DNA of 64,000 nt from Ramazzottius varieornatus (taxonomy: Eukaryota > Animalia > Tardigrada). Each line of letters starts with the position of its first letter. The first letter of the stretch is position 1. The notes beneath the pieces are model-generated. The model was not told where the DNA came from. It ran no database searches and worked only from the letters and a program-made list of their open reading frames with translations. The position numbers and the translations under genes are program-made. Below are positions 43,124-55,800 of this stretch, piece by piece. The DNA is taken from the NCBI GenBank assembly GCA_001949185.1, contig BDGG01000003.1, positions 3,517,158 through 3,581,157 on the forward strand. The letters are read 5' to 3'.

Positions 43124-43596
43124 GATGTCGGCAGTCAAAAAGTTCGTGCCATGATCGAACAGTAGAAGGTGCACCCTTGACAAGTGGCGGTGAAACTCAG
43201 GGGTCCACCAATGATTTTCTGCCTGGGGGTTCGAGATTTGTTTTAGGGATCAGCTGTTTTTGGGGTGGGGATGCACCTCTCCTAGGATCATGGCACGAAC
43301 TTCGTATGGCAAGCGGCGTCCATGTGCAGTTGTTCTTATCGCAAATTTATCGGAGACTCGGGGTTATCTAAATCGATAGAAACATCTACAGTATTTGCGA
43401 AGGTTGGAGGAACGATCTTATCAGATCTTATCGAATCGTGCCACGTTTAAGGTTGGGAATGCGGCAGTACGGCATTTCAAAGCAAGTCCCTACGAGTCGG
43501 ACCGAGCGACGGAAGCGACAGGCTGGGGAAGAACTCTGTGTCAGTCTTGGGGACGGTCTCTTTCTGAATGGTGGATGAGCAGCCGGTTTGGGACAC

Positions 43597-45332
43597 ATGG
43601 ATGCACTCATCGATGAGACTTCTTCCGGACTTGGCAGAGTAGTCACCTGTGTCGCACCTGTCAACATTGCTGTCGTAAAATACTGTAAGGCTCCAACTAC
43701 GAAATTTTGGTCTTATTTTGACTGGTACATTTGTTTGTGCGTTTGTTGACAGGGGGAAAGACCAACGAAGACCTCATTATCCCGCTGAATGATTCCATAA
43801 GTCTCACGCTGTCGACGGAACATCTTCGAGCGAGAACGACGATTAAAACCATTCCTCAGTCCAACGATATCACGTTCGAGCTCAATGGTGTGACGGAAAA
43901 GCTGACGAAACGCTTATCCCGCGCTATACAGCTCTGTAAGTCAAGCCCATCAAGTCAACCGGAAGTCCGCAGAGTGAAGGGGTGTCCACCACTATATATT
44001 GCAGGTCGCGAAGAAGCCGTTCGGCAGAACACAGCAACACAGGAGGTGGTCTCTGCCGGACTAACAATCATCAGCGACAACAACTTCCCCACCGCTGCTG
44101 GATTAGCTTCTTCCGCTGCGGGATTTGCTTGCTTAGGTTCGGTAAATTTGAACCGTCATCCTCCCTAATGACATGAGGAAAATAGCTGTTTCTATCTTTC
44201 CAGTATGTGCTCTGCAGCATCTTTACGGAATCCAGGGTGATGTCTCCGCGATAGTCCGGTCAGCAATTCCGCCGCCGAACGAATACGATCAACTGTTGAG
44301 CCTGAGTATCTAAGCGAAGTTGTAACTCCGATCTCCTTGCAGGCAAGGCTCCGGCAGTGCATGTCGCAGCGTTTTCGGAGGTTTTGTTAGATGGGCCAAG
44401 GGACATCGGGAAGACGGCAATGACTCCATAGCACGGCAGCTGTTTCCAGCGTCGCACTGGCCAGAGCTTCGAGTTTTGATCGTGGTTGTACGTCAACTAC
44501 TCATCACTTCCGGGTGTCAGTGACATCATGTTCAATGGTTCGATTTCAGGTTAGCGACCATAAGAAAGAAACTTCGTCGACAAAAGGGATGCAAACTACC
44601 GTAGAAACCAGCGACTTGTTGAAGTTCCGCACTGAAGTAGTCGTTCCAAAGCGTTGCGAAGACATGGAAAGAGCTATTGAGAAAAGGGACTTTCCAAGCT
44701 TTGCAGAACTGACCATGCGAGATAGCAACCAGTTTCATGCAACCTGCCTTGATACATATCCTCCTATTTTCTATCTAAATTCCACATCCCAAGAAATCTT
44801 AATGCTTTGTCACGACTACAACCAGAAGAAGGGAGCTGCAACGGTGAGCGCAAGTCAGATTCACGACCAATTAAGTTTACCATCTCTTGAAAGATACCGC
44901 ACAGTTTTGCGTTCTTGCAGGTCGCTTACAGTTTTGATGCGGGAGCAAACGCATTCCTATTTACATTGAACAAGAGTGTCCCTGAGATCTGCGGGCTTCT
45001 ACAAGCCAGGTTCGGGGTGACGGACTTTAAAGGAGATCCTGTCTCGGACTTCTGTTTACACGAGGTAAACGTTCACGCGTTCACGTTCAAAACGGATATA
45101 CGACCGTACGCCAAGGTTTGATTTCATTACGGATTTTAGGAACACGGAAGCTCCATCAGCGGGAGTAAAACAAAGGACGTTGTGAAATACGTGATAGTTA
45201 CAAAGGTAGAAAGTTACAGCCGGTGTTCGAACTCTCTGAAAGTTCTTTTGGTTTCTCCTTTATTGAAGTATTCATGGACTTCCTTAGGTCGGTGAAGGAG
45301 CTCACCTGGTCGAAAACGACACATCGTCCTAA
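43597..45332 (+). CDS. MVD: Diphosphomevalonate decarboxylase
   Basis: [10 protein letters not shown]|[59 protein letters not shown] and [10 protein letters not shown]. Confidence 0.97.
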
Positions 45333-45503
45333 CACGATCGAATTTCTGTTCACTTGCAGCTCTACTCAACATCCTTATCAAATTTCAATATCATCGCATC
45401 ACAGAGATTCTTTGGAAGAGACTTCGTACAAATCAATTTTCTGAACAAACAAAAAGGCAAGATGAGCTCGAAAGGCACTAATAATCTGGCACTGGAAAAA
45501 ATC

Positions 45504-46805
45504 TTACTCTAAATCTTGCGGAGTACCAAAAACTTTGAACCGGTACACGCAGGTGTACTCTGCTGAGCCGTGGTTACTGAGCACGCGAAGTTCAACAATT
45601 GGTACTGTTTTTGTCAGAGGAAACTGCACTTCGAAGTCTTGGTTCGAGACTCCGTTTAGCTGCATTGAGTAATTACCAAACAAGTGCGGATTCTGGTCGC
45701 TCACTTCATCCAGTCCCCACACTTCGAACTCATAAGGAGCACTGGTTAAGCGATGCTTGGGCACTGTGGCACCCATCACGTGAGCTAGTGCGAAGGAGGT
45801 AACTGAGATACTCTCGGCCAGCTGTATCACGAGAGTCCCTAGAAAAGACAGCTCGATAAGAAACAGATTTCGAATGGTGGTCTTATCACAATCAAACCTG
45901 GGAATTCGACGAAGCGCCAACAGCGTCCAGGCATAAGGATAGGCTGTAAGGGTGCATCGACGTGTGGATCTTCCGTTATGCCGCTCCACACTGCGAAGCC
46001 CAGAAAGGTCGCATCATAGTGAGGCATGGACTTTGTGTTCCGGGTTGTGAGGACTTTGGCGCCTAAAGTCGAGAGGGAAAAGTCAAATCCAATTTCCGGT
46101 TCGGACTCTAAATGGCGACGAAGGATGAGCTCGCTGAGAAGAGACTGGTAACCGAGCGCTACCTCGTTCTTGCTATCATCTTGACCTGGAAACACAACAG
46201 AATAAACTATAGGTCACTGAAATGGTAATAAAAACGGGTGAGTTACCAGCAGCAAGAAGATCATGGGCAATCTGAGATGTTACCACTTCCTGTTGGTGTT
46301 TAGTCAGCGTGATGTGCGTGATGGTATAAGCTGCCACCAAGGATAAAACTATGATACAAAACACTCCAGCCCATATACGATGGACATCGGCTCTGAAAAG
46401 GCTGCCTTTTCTTCGTGGGTAGAAATCAATCTCGCTCGTTCCATCGTGCAAGCGTTCCGGAGCGGGCAGGGGAGCGTCTCTTCGGCCAAAGATGCCTGGA
46501 CTGGTTGAGATTCTCTTGGGTTCCGGTGGGTAGACTATTTCCTTTAGCTTGGACTGTATAGTAGATGCGGGACCAGATTCTGGAGCAGAAGCACCGGACT
46601 GTTCTTCGCGAAGTCTTCGTCGGAGCGAGCCCGAACGGGAACGACGCCCTCTGTGGGATAAGTCCAAGACTGGAGAGGCGTTAGGCGAGTTCCTATTACC
46701 AGTGCTATTACTATTGTCTGGACGTAGCCGCGATCTGGAGCGTGGCGTACCGTAGCCGCTTTTGTCAGCGAGTCTGCGGAACATTTCTTTCAGCAGCTGG
46801 GACAT
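45504..46805 (-). CDS. SUN-domain inner nuclear membrane protein
   Basis: R/S-rich N-terminus, one TM (IWAGVFCIIVLSLVAAYTI), then SUN motifs DFSL..LGA, PGRCWRF, SAPYEFEVWG and VELRVLSNHG..YTCVYRFKVFG. Confidence 0.92.
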
Positions 46806-47679
46806 GAAGTTCGCTTTTTGACGATGCAACGGTGAAGGAAATAAATTTCACGGTGAACTGAAAACACAAAACCATAAACTGTCGGGAAAGATTAACAAGA
46901 ACCAAGTTTATTACACAAATTTGAGGAAATACGGTTTTTCCGGTACCTTCTTTGGCTAGAGATTGAAGAATGGAGTATCACTGTGGAGAATAGCAATCTG
47001 GGAGCAGGAATTAGAGTCGCCCGAGATTTTCCAGCTAGTTGATCTCGTTCGACATCTCAGCAACCGAATGAGATTTTCCCGTGCGCCATGGACTGCAAGT
47101 CTACAAGGAAACAAGATGGCTATTTTCAGATGGAGTGTAGTTAGCGTCCCTCTGCTACCATGAAGTGTAGTATTGAGAACCAACAGACTTCTAAGACTAA
47201 GAGCGGACGGAAGACTGGAACAACTCTTGGAACTGCGGAAGAAAAGCAGCTTTCGAACACCGTTAATTTTAATTTTAATTTTAAGATTGAAAACGCCGTT
47301 CAAAAATTTAAAATTCCAAAGCACTTTTCCGCGGTGCGCACGAACATGCACCTGCGTGCTCTGTTATATGCGTTCCGCTTCCACAGTTCCACTTCTCGTG
47401 TGGTTGTAACTCCAGTTAGTCCTGCCAGTTCAAGTAAGCAATTGATTCACACCGATCTTGATCGCATTTCCGGTCCAAAACTCATTTCCCACGTTGTTTT
47501 GGCAATTGGCACGCAGTCGTCGCTCCTTGTTCCGTCTGTCGTGCCGTGGAAGTCAAGACGAATTACAGGATTACTGAACAGTGGAGGACTACTACCACGT
47601 ACAGTAGCCGTTTCCTGATTCTGCGTATCATATTTGAGCTAACTCGAGTTCAGAGATCGCATTGCTTACGTTGGGCATC

Positions 47680-49067
47680 ATGAAGAGTGATTCCGCTGTG
47701 GAGCCGCAAGGACCTGAGGAAAACACTCCTTCTGGACTGCGGGGTGTCAAGAACATAATCATCGTCATGTCCGGCAAAGGAGGAGTGGGGAAAAGTACGG
47801 TGACGGTTGAACTCGCTCTCACTTTACGTTCGATGGGCAAGAAGGTACATAGTATATACCTTAATTGTATATACGCTTATATAGCAGTTGTATGTCACAG
47901 AAACCTGCTCAACAGGTTCCCTACATCTCACGCTGTTCGAACGTTGGGTATAACCGAAATCTGTTTCAGGTTGGCATTTTGGACATTGATCTTTGTGGCC
48001 CAAGTATCCCGCGAATGTTCGGAATCAGTAACCAAAGAGTGCATCAAAGTTCTTATGGGTGAAGTACATGTATCTGGAGACCTGTGAACTATATATAAAC
48101 ACCTGTAGTTTGTTGTGTGTTTGTGTGAGTTCTTCAACTAACCGTGTGTGACCTGATTACAGGTGGATACCCGTTTATCCTTTGGCAGATAAGACAATCG
48201 CACTGATGTCCATTGGCTTCCTCATGAACAACCCGGACGAGGCTGTCGTATGGAGGGGACCCAAGAAGAACTGTAGGTCTCCGCTATGCACTTATATTGA
48301 CGTTCTCAAACGAAGTGCTGAAAGACGGTAGAGTGATTCTTTTGTAGCATTGATCAAGCAGTTACTTGACGGCGTTTACTGGGACGACATTGACTACCTG
48401 CTTATCGATACTCCTCCCGGAACATCTGACGAGCACATCACGATCGTAGAAGCATTGAGACAGTACAGCCCCGAAGGAGCAGTCCTGGTAACAACACCTC
48501 AAGTATGGTAGCATGCCCACGTTTATCTGATTTTTCCCGTGAAACAAGAGCTTAAGGTTATGGCGGTAGTTTTTTATAGGCTGTATCGGTAGCGGACGTA
48601 CGCAGGGAAATTACCTTTTGCCGGAAGGCAACATTGCCCATCTTGGGTGTGGTAGAAAACATGAGTGGCTTCATCTGCCCAAACTGCGAGGTATCACAAC
48701 GTTTTCGTACCGTTTCCTGTCTTTCTCGTACTCTAACCTGACCGCGGCAGAATGTAGATGGTACTTTTACTCACTTGTTGTTTGTAGGAATGCACGAATG
48801 TGTTCTCTTCCGGTGGCGGTAAGGACCTTGCCGAAGAATACGCCATTCCGTACCTCGGTGAGGAACCAAGAAATCTGAACCTAATAGAGTTCTTCGGTAC
48901 CCCTAATGTTTTTATTTACTTTGGTGTTTCTTACAGGAAATATTCCGATCGACCCGGAGCTCACGAAGACCCTCGAAGAAGGAGGCAACTTTATCGAAAA
49001 GTTCCCTGACTCTAGAGTGGCTAGCACGATGCGGACCATCGTTACGAACCTGATTCGAGATCAGTAA
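47680..49067 (+). CDS. NUBP2: Cytosolic Fe-S cluster assembly factor NUBP2 (Cfd1)
   Basis: [37 protein letters not shown] and [11 protein letters not shown]. It lacks the N-terminal 4-Cys extension of NUBP1. Confidence 0.93.
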
Positions 49068-49831
49068 TATAGGCTCGTTTTCTCTTCCCGAAAGTGTTGT
49101 TGAAAAGTTAGAATTTATGAAGTTACGGTCCTATGGACCGTTGGTCTCCTCGTCCATAGAATAAGCCAATTTTCTTGAAAAGACTTTCCCCTTTGGTCCC
49201 ATCAATGTACCTACTAAAATCCTTCCTAATGCCAATTTTCGACTGAGAGTTTTGAACTTCAGGCCAGGCCTCGGTTCGTTGATAAAGTTGGATAAACAAA
49301 CTCGGTCGCGGGGAGTTTCAGTACTGCTAGTACTTGTACGAGCTCTTCAGCTCACAGCCGGAAGTGATGTAACGTAGTGTAAGGTTAGTATGTAATGTAA
49401 GGTGCCTCCCACACAGTCAATGTCAAATGAGGCAGCTGCCCAGCCCGAACAGATCGAGCTCGTTTAAAGTTTCAAGTTTATCTTCATCAGCTTCGTCGAT
49501 GCTTTGTCGAGGAAGGCAAAATCGATTTTACGTGCACTGACTACAGACATCGGAATGCCTTTCCGTCGTCTACGCTAGTGCAGAGTGCACTTGGAGGCTT
49601 CATCTCTCTTGCGGCTGTTGGTACCTGATGATGTGATGGAAATCGGAGCAGTCTGCTGAGCTTGCCGTTATTCAGCGGACATGATGGGCCTTCATCGTTC
49701 TCAGTGCGTATCTCTTCTTGTTCTAGGTTGATAACGCTACAACCGTCTTCTTGAATACAGTAGAAGCACCGTTGAATATATGACTACTGAACGGCAGTCC
49801 CGTCTTACGGGATAGGACTTCCAGTATCAAG

Positions 49832-52800
49832 ATGACGGAGCAGTTGATTCTCCTTAACTGGCTCACGTTTCGCCTTATTCTGCCCTTTGCACTTCTAGCA
49901 GGTAAGAACTACTGTTCAGGTCACCTCGTGTCACCGTAATGATGTATGTTGGATATCTTATCTCGATGAAAGGAAGGCAAGGAAACTGTTAATTAAGTTC
50001 TTTTTCGGGACTGACATATTCGTCATACGTAAACTGGCCTGTCGAAATCATGGTACTTTTTGTATATTTTGTGTTCCAGCTTGCGTATTCCGCTTCAATC
50101 TCTTCACCTTGATCTATGGATTATTTTTCCTTCTTGTGCCCCTGGCACGGTCGCCGAATGCCTACACAATCAGAAGTGAGTGAAAACTCATGTGGAAAGT
50201 AGCGAAGATACACTGCAGAATTTTTTGTTTTTTATTATCATAAGAGACTTTCTATGTACTGTAATATATTTCGTTTCTTTTCAGGACATACCGGGGGACT
50301 GATATGGGCTCTAACGACCGTCTCGGGAGTATTTATGCTGGCACAAGTCGTCTTTCAGATCTACCTTGCCGCGAACAAACCATACGGGCACCAGTTTCCC
50401 AACTGTAGGGCGAATTTGCTCTTTTCATCCTTTTGGACGTTTCTGAAATTTGGAAATGCCTGACAGACGACGTTGCTAACCTTTTCTTGAATTTAGGCTC
50501 GCTCAACGAAAATATCACCCGGCAAGTCGGACTGTACCGGTAAGAGTTGCGGAATTCCGCGCGTGACCATAAAGTCAACAAGGAATATTTGCATTTGTTG
50601 ACGAAGCAACGTACTGACCTGAAATAAACAACGCAGTCGAGCGTCGTGTACTTCTTTTCAAATGTGTGGACAAGTTCTTGTTGAAGCGAGAAATGACTGT
50701 TAATCAAAATTAACGAAGAATATGTTGATCGATACTAACATGAATAATCGTTCGTTAGGTTGGATGGCGCTAGTTTTTTCCACGTGGCTCGGTTGATTCT
50801 TCCCGACGTGATCATCTTCATCGTGTCCGTCGTCTTGGCTGTTTTAGCCTTCAAGATCCGGCAAGAGAATGCAGACGCTCCTTCGAACGCCGACGTGGAC
50901 CTTCGTCCACACCGCGACGCCCGTACCGGTCTCATACGACTACTGGCAGAAGCCACCATCCTCATCTTCGTGGCCGCCGCGGGAGTCATCGCACCATCGC
51001 TCATCTCTTCGGTCTACTTCCTCACGTTCCTCTTCTTGGGTACCTTCTGGGCCTGCTTGGGGAACGCGGAAATGGTCTTTGTCAAAGTCGTTCGATATGC
51101 TCTGCTGCTCTTCACCGCGGCACATATGGCGGTGCTTTTCCTCTTCCAAATGGACTTTTTCCAAGACCTCGTCGACAAAGACTCCTTCCCAGCCCGGTAA
51201 AGAGTTGAAATCCTTCTTGTCTTCAGCAAAAATTATTACTGAATTTGTGAGCAATACCAGAATGCCGGAAAAGAAAACACGCCATATTTCCCGAACCTGC
51301 ATACAGTTAATCAAACAGTGGCTAGCGTACGCTGTATGCAGGTCTTCAAAATCGGCGTATCTGCCTACTGGTCTTCACTGTTCAGGCATAAAAATGTTTT
51401 CTAGGTTTTTTTCTAGATCTTGATGTTTCGACTTTGCTTGGCGAGAGTGCTGACGGTTATTGTTGCAGTTTGGTCGGACTCTTGGCTGTCATACGAGTGG
51501 ACTGTGACGATCCGCGAGACCTGCACTATCAAGCAACTCCGTGGTTTAACTTTGTTAACCCAGGAATACTAATCATTCTGTATTACCTGTTGGCCTCACA
51601 TATTCGGCAGTGGAAAGGTTACACGGTAGGACTCGAAGAACTAGCAGATCTGTACAGCAGACGAAACAATGACGACGTTGAGTATAACCCGTCTTTTGAT
51701 GTGTATCAGCGCATCAAGAACCCCTTCACTACCTACCGGGTAAGCTCGCGGATACGCTCATCGAATGAACCACCGGAGTCAGTTCTTGTTACTAACCCCG
51801 TACAAATTCCTTTCAACGTGAGTGGCCACTTTCCATCCTATCACTCTCTTGGTGCATCTAACATAATTTGGCCATAATTTTCACTATGCCTTGATAGAAT
51901 TAGCTCTGCGCTTTTTATTAACACCCTCTTTCCTGCAGCTCTGTAACCGTGGCTCGTAGCGCTTTGGTTGAAAGACAGGCTGTACGTGACATTAGGGAAC
52001 TCTTTGCAAGCTCTTGCTCGATGTATTGTGGCATCCGTGCCCGAAGTGTCTTCCACGTCAAATTTTGTGGACCTGTTTCTTGTTGTCCATTCCTTGCTAA
52101 TGATTTGTTTCGCTTAACTCAACTTTATTGGTTTTTTTAAATTTCTTAAAACTGCAGAATTATTCTTCTGTGATCGCTTCTGGGTTTCTCTGTTCTTCCT
52201 GCTACTGGGATCAAACTAATTTCTGTACTTCTGTACTTCTGAGTTGCCAGCTTATTTTATAGTTGGCCATCTCTATGCTAACCTGACGACTAACATGGTT
52301 CGGTAAATTTTTGTCTTTACAGTTGCTTCATCCCAACCAGCGTCCAGTGACTTACAATGCAGTACAAGGAACCGTTACCATCGAGCCACCGTCTCCGCAC
52401 TCCGAGTCCTCACTGCATAACTACCGTGTGAGGATGGTTCTTCAGTACCTGACCCGCGTGGTGGCCAAGCAGAGTTACATCATTTCCCTAATTGCAATGA
52501 TGGCATGGAGTGTTATCTACCATTCTTGGTTGACGTTCGTTTACCTGTTGATGGCCATTTTCCTCTGGCTGATACCGTCTTCGCGCAGCTTCTGTCTGAA
52601 ATTGTCCCCGCTATACACGCTCTACGCGGAAATTCTCCTGACAGCACAATTCATTTTCTCGCTCAATGTCCAACAAGAATTCGACGCCATGAAAGTCAAC
52701 ACTTATGTTGACTTCAAGCAAATCGGATTCCAGCGATCACCGCACCCGGTCTTCCCACTGGCTGTTCAGGTAAATCATGTGCAGCGTGCACCTGCACACT

Positions 52801-55800
52801 TGCGCGCCATATTAACTGTATGGCATCTCTGATGCAGCTGCTTGAAATTATGTTTATGATCCGCCAAGATGCCAAATTTTGACAACTGGAGTATCTCTTT
52901 GCAGTCGCTGTTCACCTTCTTCTTCTGGACAACATTACGCTTATTCATGAAAGAGCGTCAAGTGGTTCACCCGGAAGGAGGTGATGTGGACTTGGAGAAC
53001 GTCAATGGATCAGTCCTGTCCGAACAAGCCGGCTTGGACTGGCACACCCACAAATGGCTTGACCGAGTGGTGCAGTCCGTCAAGATTATCATGATCAAGT
53101 TCTGGATCGTTCTGTGCGGAGCAATGTTGCTGGTCATCAGTATGCAAGGAACGGTGGTTATCTATCGCATTGTTTACATGGCGCTGTTGCTGTGTTTCGT
53201 GGTCATGCTACAGGTAAATTTGCTTAGTAAGATTGGTAGTAACATTCCAAACGTTGTTCACCTTATGCAAATATTTTGCACTGTTCAAATACTTCCATTG
53301 AAACGCAGAATTGTGTTTTCTATGTTTTGCTATTGATACAGAATTTATTTTCACTATTCCAGTTCATTTGGGACGTCGGCAAATGATACCCAACTGGCGC
53401 ACACTCTCAGCTTACGACAGTGACCACGTGCGCCACTTGAGACAACGATCTGTGCGAAATCGTTTGCCGACGTCTCCTTTTTTTCCCCGTCATGGTTTGT
53501 GGATCACCTTTTCAAACAATCGAACAGTAACAATTTTTGTTTTCAGGTGAACTATCGGTTATGGAGAAAGATGCTTTACATTTTCTGGGTGGCCGTGATT
53601 TTCTACTCGATGGTCGTTCTGCTGCTTATCTACACTTACCAGTTCGAACATTTCCCGGGATATTGGCAGAACTTCACACGACTGACGCCCGAAACGTAAT
53701 TCACCTCGTTTTATCATGTTGTCAATATTTATACAGTGGTGGTTGCGCACATGTTTTACAATGTTGACTTATTGACAAGGTCTCTGCTTGTTGACAGGCT
53801 CGGCGACTTTGGACTAGAAACTTACGCATCCAAAGGAGAGCTCATACTGGGCCTCATGACACCCACCGTCTTTCTCATCCTGTGCATCCTCCAGCTGCAC
53901 TACTTTCACAAACACTTCCTAATCATCACAAGCAAGAGAGACCCTATGACCAGCACAGCGTACCAGTTCCCTTCGTTCGAACTGCAGAACCAGGAAGCCA
54001 ACTTGGCAAAACCTTCCGGGTTCGCCATTCGTTGCTTACAGTTCACGTACAAATGGACAAACATCATCCTAGAATTCTGCTGGAGACTTTTGGAAATCCA
54101 TATCCTCAAGGTGAATACTTGGAAGTGTGAAAATAAAACACGAGATACCAGAGAAATACTCGTCCAGAAAATCTCGAAGAGCTCGACAAGATCGTTTTCC
54201 CAAGTGGCGCATGTTTTCCGCCAGTAACACTGAGAGGGGAAACGATTTCGACAAGTTTGTCTGCCTCGCTCCTACGAATAGTGGTGAAATGAACAGAAAT
54301 TATTCCACAGGATTCGCGAAGCTTTCGACAATATTCCAGTAGTATCCAGTATTGAAAATTATCAGAGTAGTACTCGATAATGAACCTATTTTTCTCTATA
54401 GTTGTGTCTGCTGACCATTCTCCTGGCCGCGGTCGTGGATCCTTCGGCCATCAACCTAATCTTCATCCTCTTGGTCGCCATCTCCCTCATGGCCTACAAC
54501 GGGGTCTCCGTCGTAGCTCAGAGTTCCAGTACGATAGCTGCTGTGTTAGTCATCGTCAAGATGGCTTATCAGCTGAAGATGGTCAAGGAAGAACCCTTCA
54601 GCGCCAACTGCTCCTTCGTGAACTCGTCCAACTTTAATCGTTCGGACAACGACTGGGTGGGCTTCCGAAAAGTCAAGGACATCGCCTTCGAGATTCGTGT
54701 CTACATCTCGATCATTCTGATCGTTACCCTGCGCGCCATCATTGTCACAAGACACAGGTACGTGCATTCTGTGAGAAGATTTCAACCAGTTCACCTAGTA
54801 GAATCTAGAGGTCTTTCGAGATCCTGCATACACAGCTACTTCAGTGAACGTGGAGCTCAGTGTATGCAGGTATAGCTCAGCATAGCTCGTCAAACATGGT
54901 GTGCTTCCACTTTACCCGAACCTCCATACAGCGAGTCGCACATTTTACGTGGTAGAAATGTATGCAGGTATAGTTTGTATCCATCCATCCATCCATTCTT
55001 GATCCTTACGGGTATGCAGGTTCTTCGCCGAGGGTATCCCCGCCAACCAACAGCCCAAACCCGGCATCGTCTTCCCACGAATCGATGTCAAAGACGTTGA
55101 CGTAGGGCTGGTGCAGTGCATGCAGTACATGTGGAACTACGGCTTCTACAGATTTGGTCTCGAAATCTGTTTCGTGACAATGGTCATCAATATGTGCACC
55201 AGGCTCGACGTTTTTGCCGTTGTCTACGGCATTCTCCTGCTGATCATGTTCATGCTGAGCCGGCAAGCTTTAGCGAGGATATGGGGCATCTACGTGGTCG
55301 TTCTGGGGCTACTACTGCCCATACAGTACCTGCTGGTCCTTGGGATACCTCGAGGGCTCTGCATCAGTAAGTCAAGAATCGCACCTACTTCACGTTGAGA
55401 AAACGTGGTATCCACTTTGGTTTTTCACTTTACAGCTTACCCTTGGGATCAAAACGTGTCCACGGAAATCTTCACAGCAGAACTGGTTCAATGGCTGTAC
55501 TTACCGGATGCGTTCTTTCCACCCAAGGCAATCATCTTGATCGGTAGGACAAACCCCAAATTGGCATTTCCTGAAGACGCAAATCTTGAAATTGCTTTGC
55601 AGGTGATTTCTTCCAGCTGTTGTTTGCTTGCTGTCAGTGGAGAGTCTTCAACCTGGAGCTCATCTACGCCAACGAACAATATGAAGGTGGAAGTAACGAG
55701 AATATTATCCGCAGTAACAAATACCGGCGCATCTTCGAGAACCCTGTTCCCGACTTTATGACCTATACAAAGTACGTGCGTTTTATTACGCTCCTTGCGA

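Noticed and set aside
42404-43371. ORFs rich in I/S/D/R/Y in the ORF track
   Set aside because: These are translations of the CGATA repeats in the hAT MITE, not a transposase.
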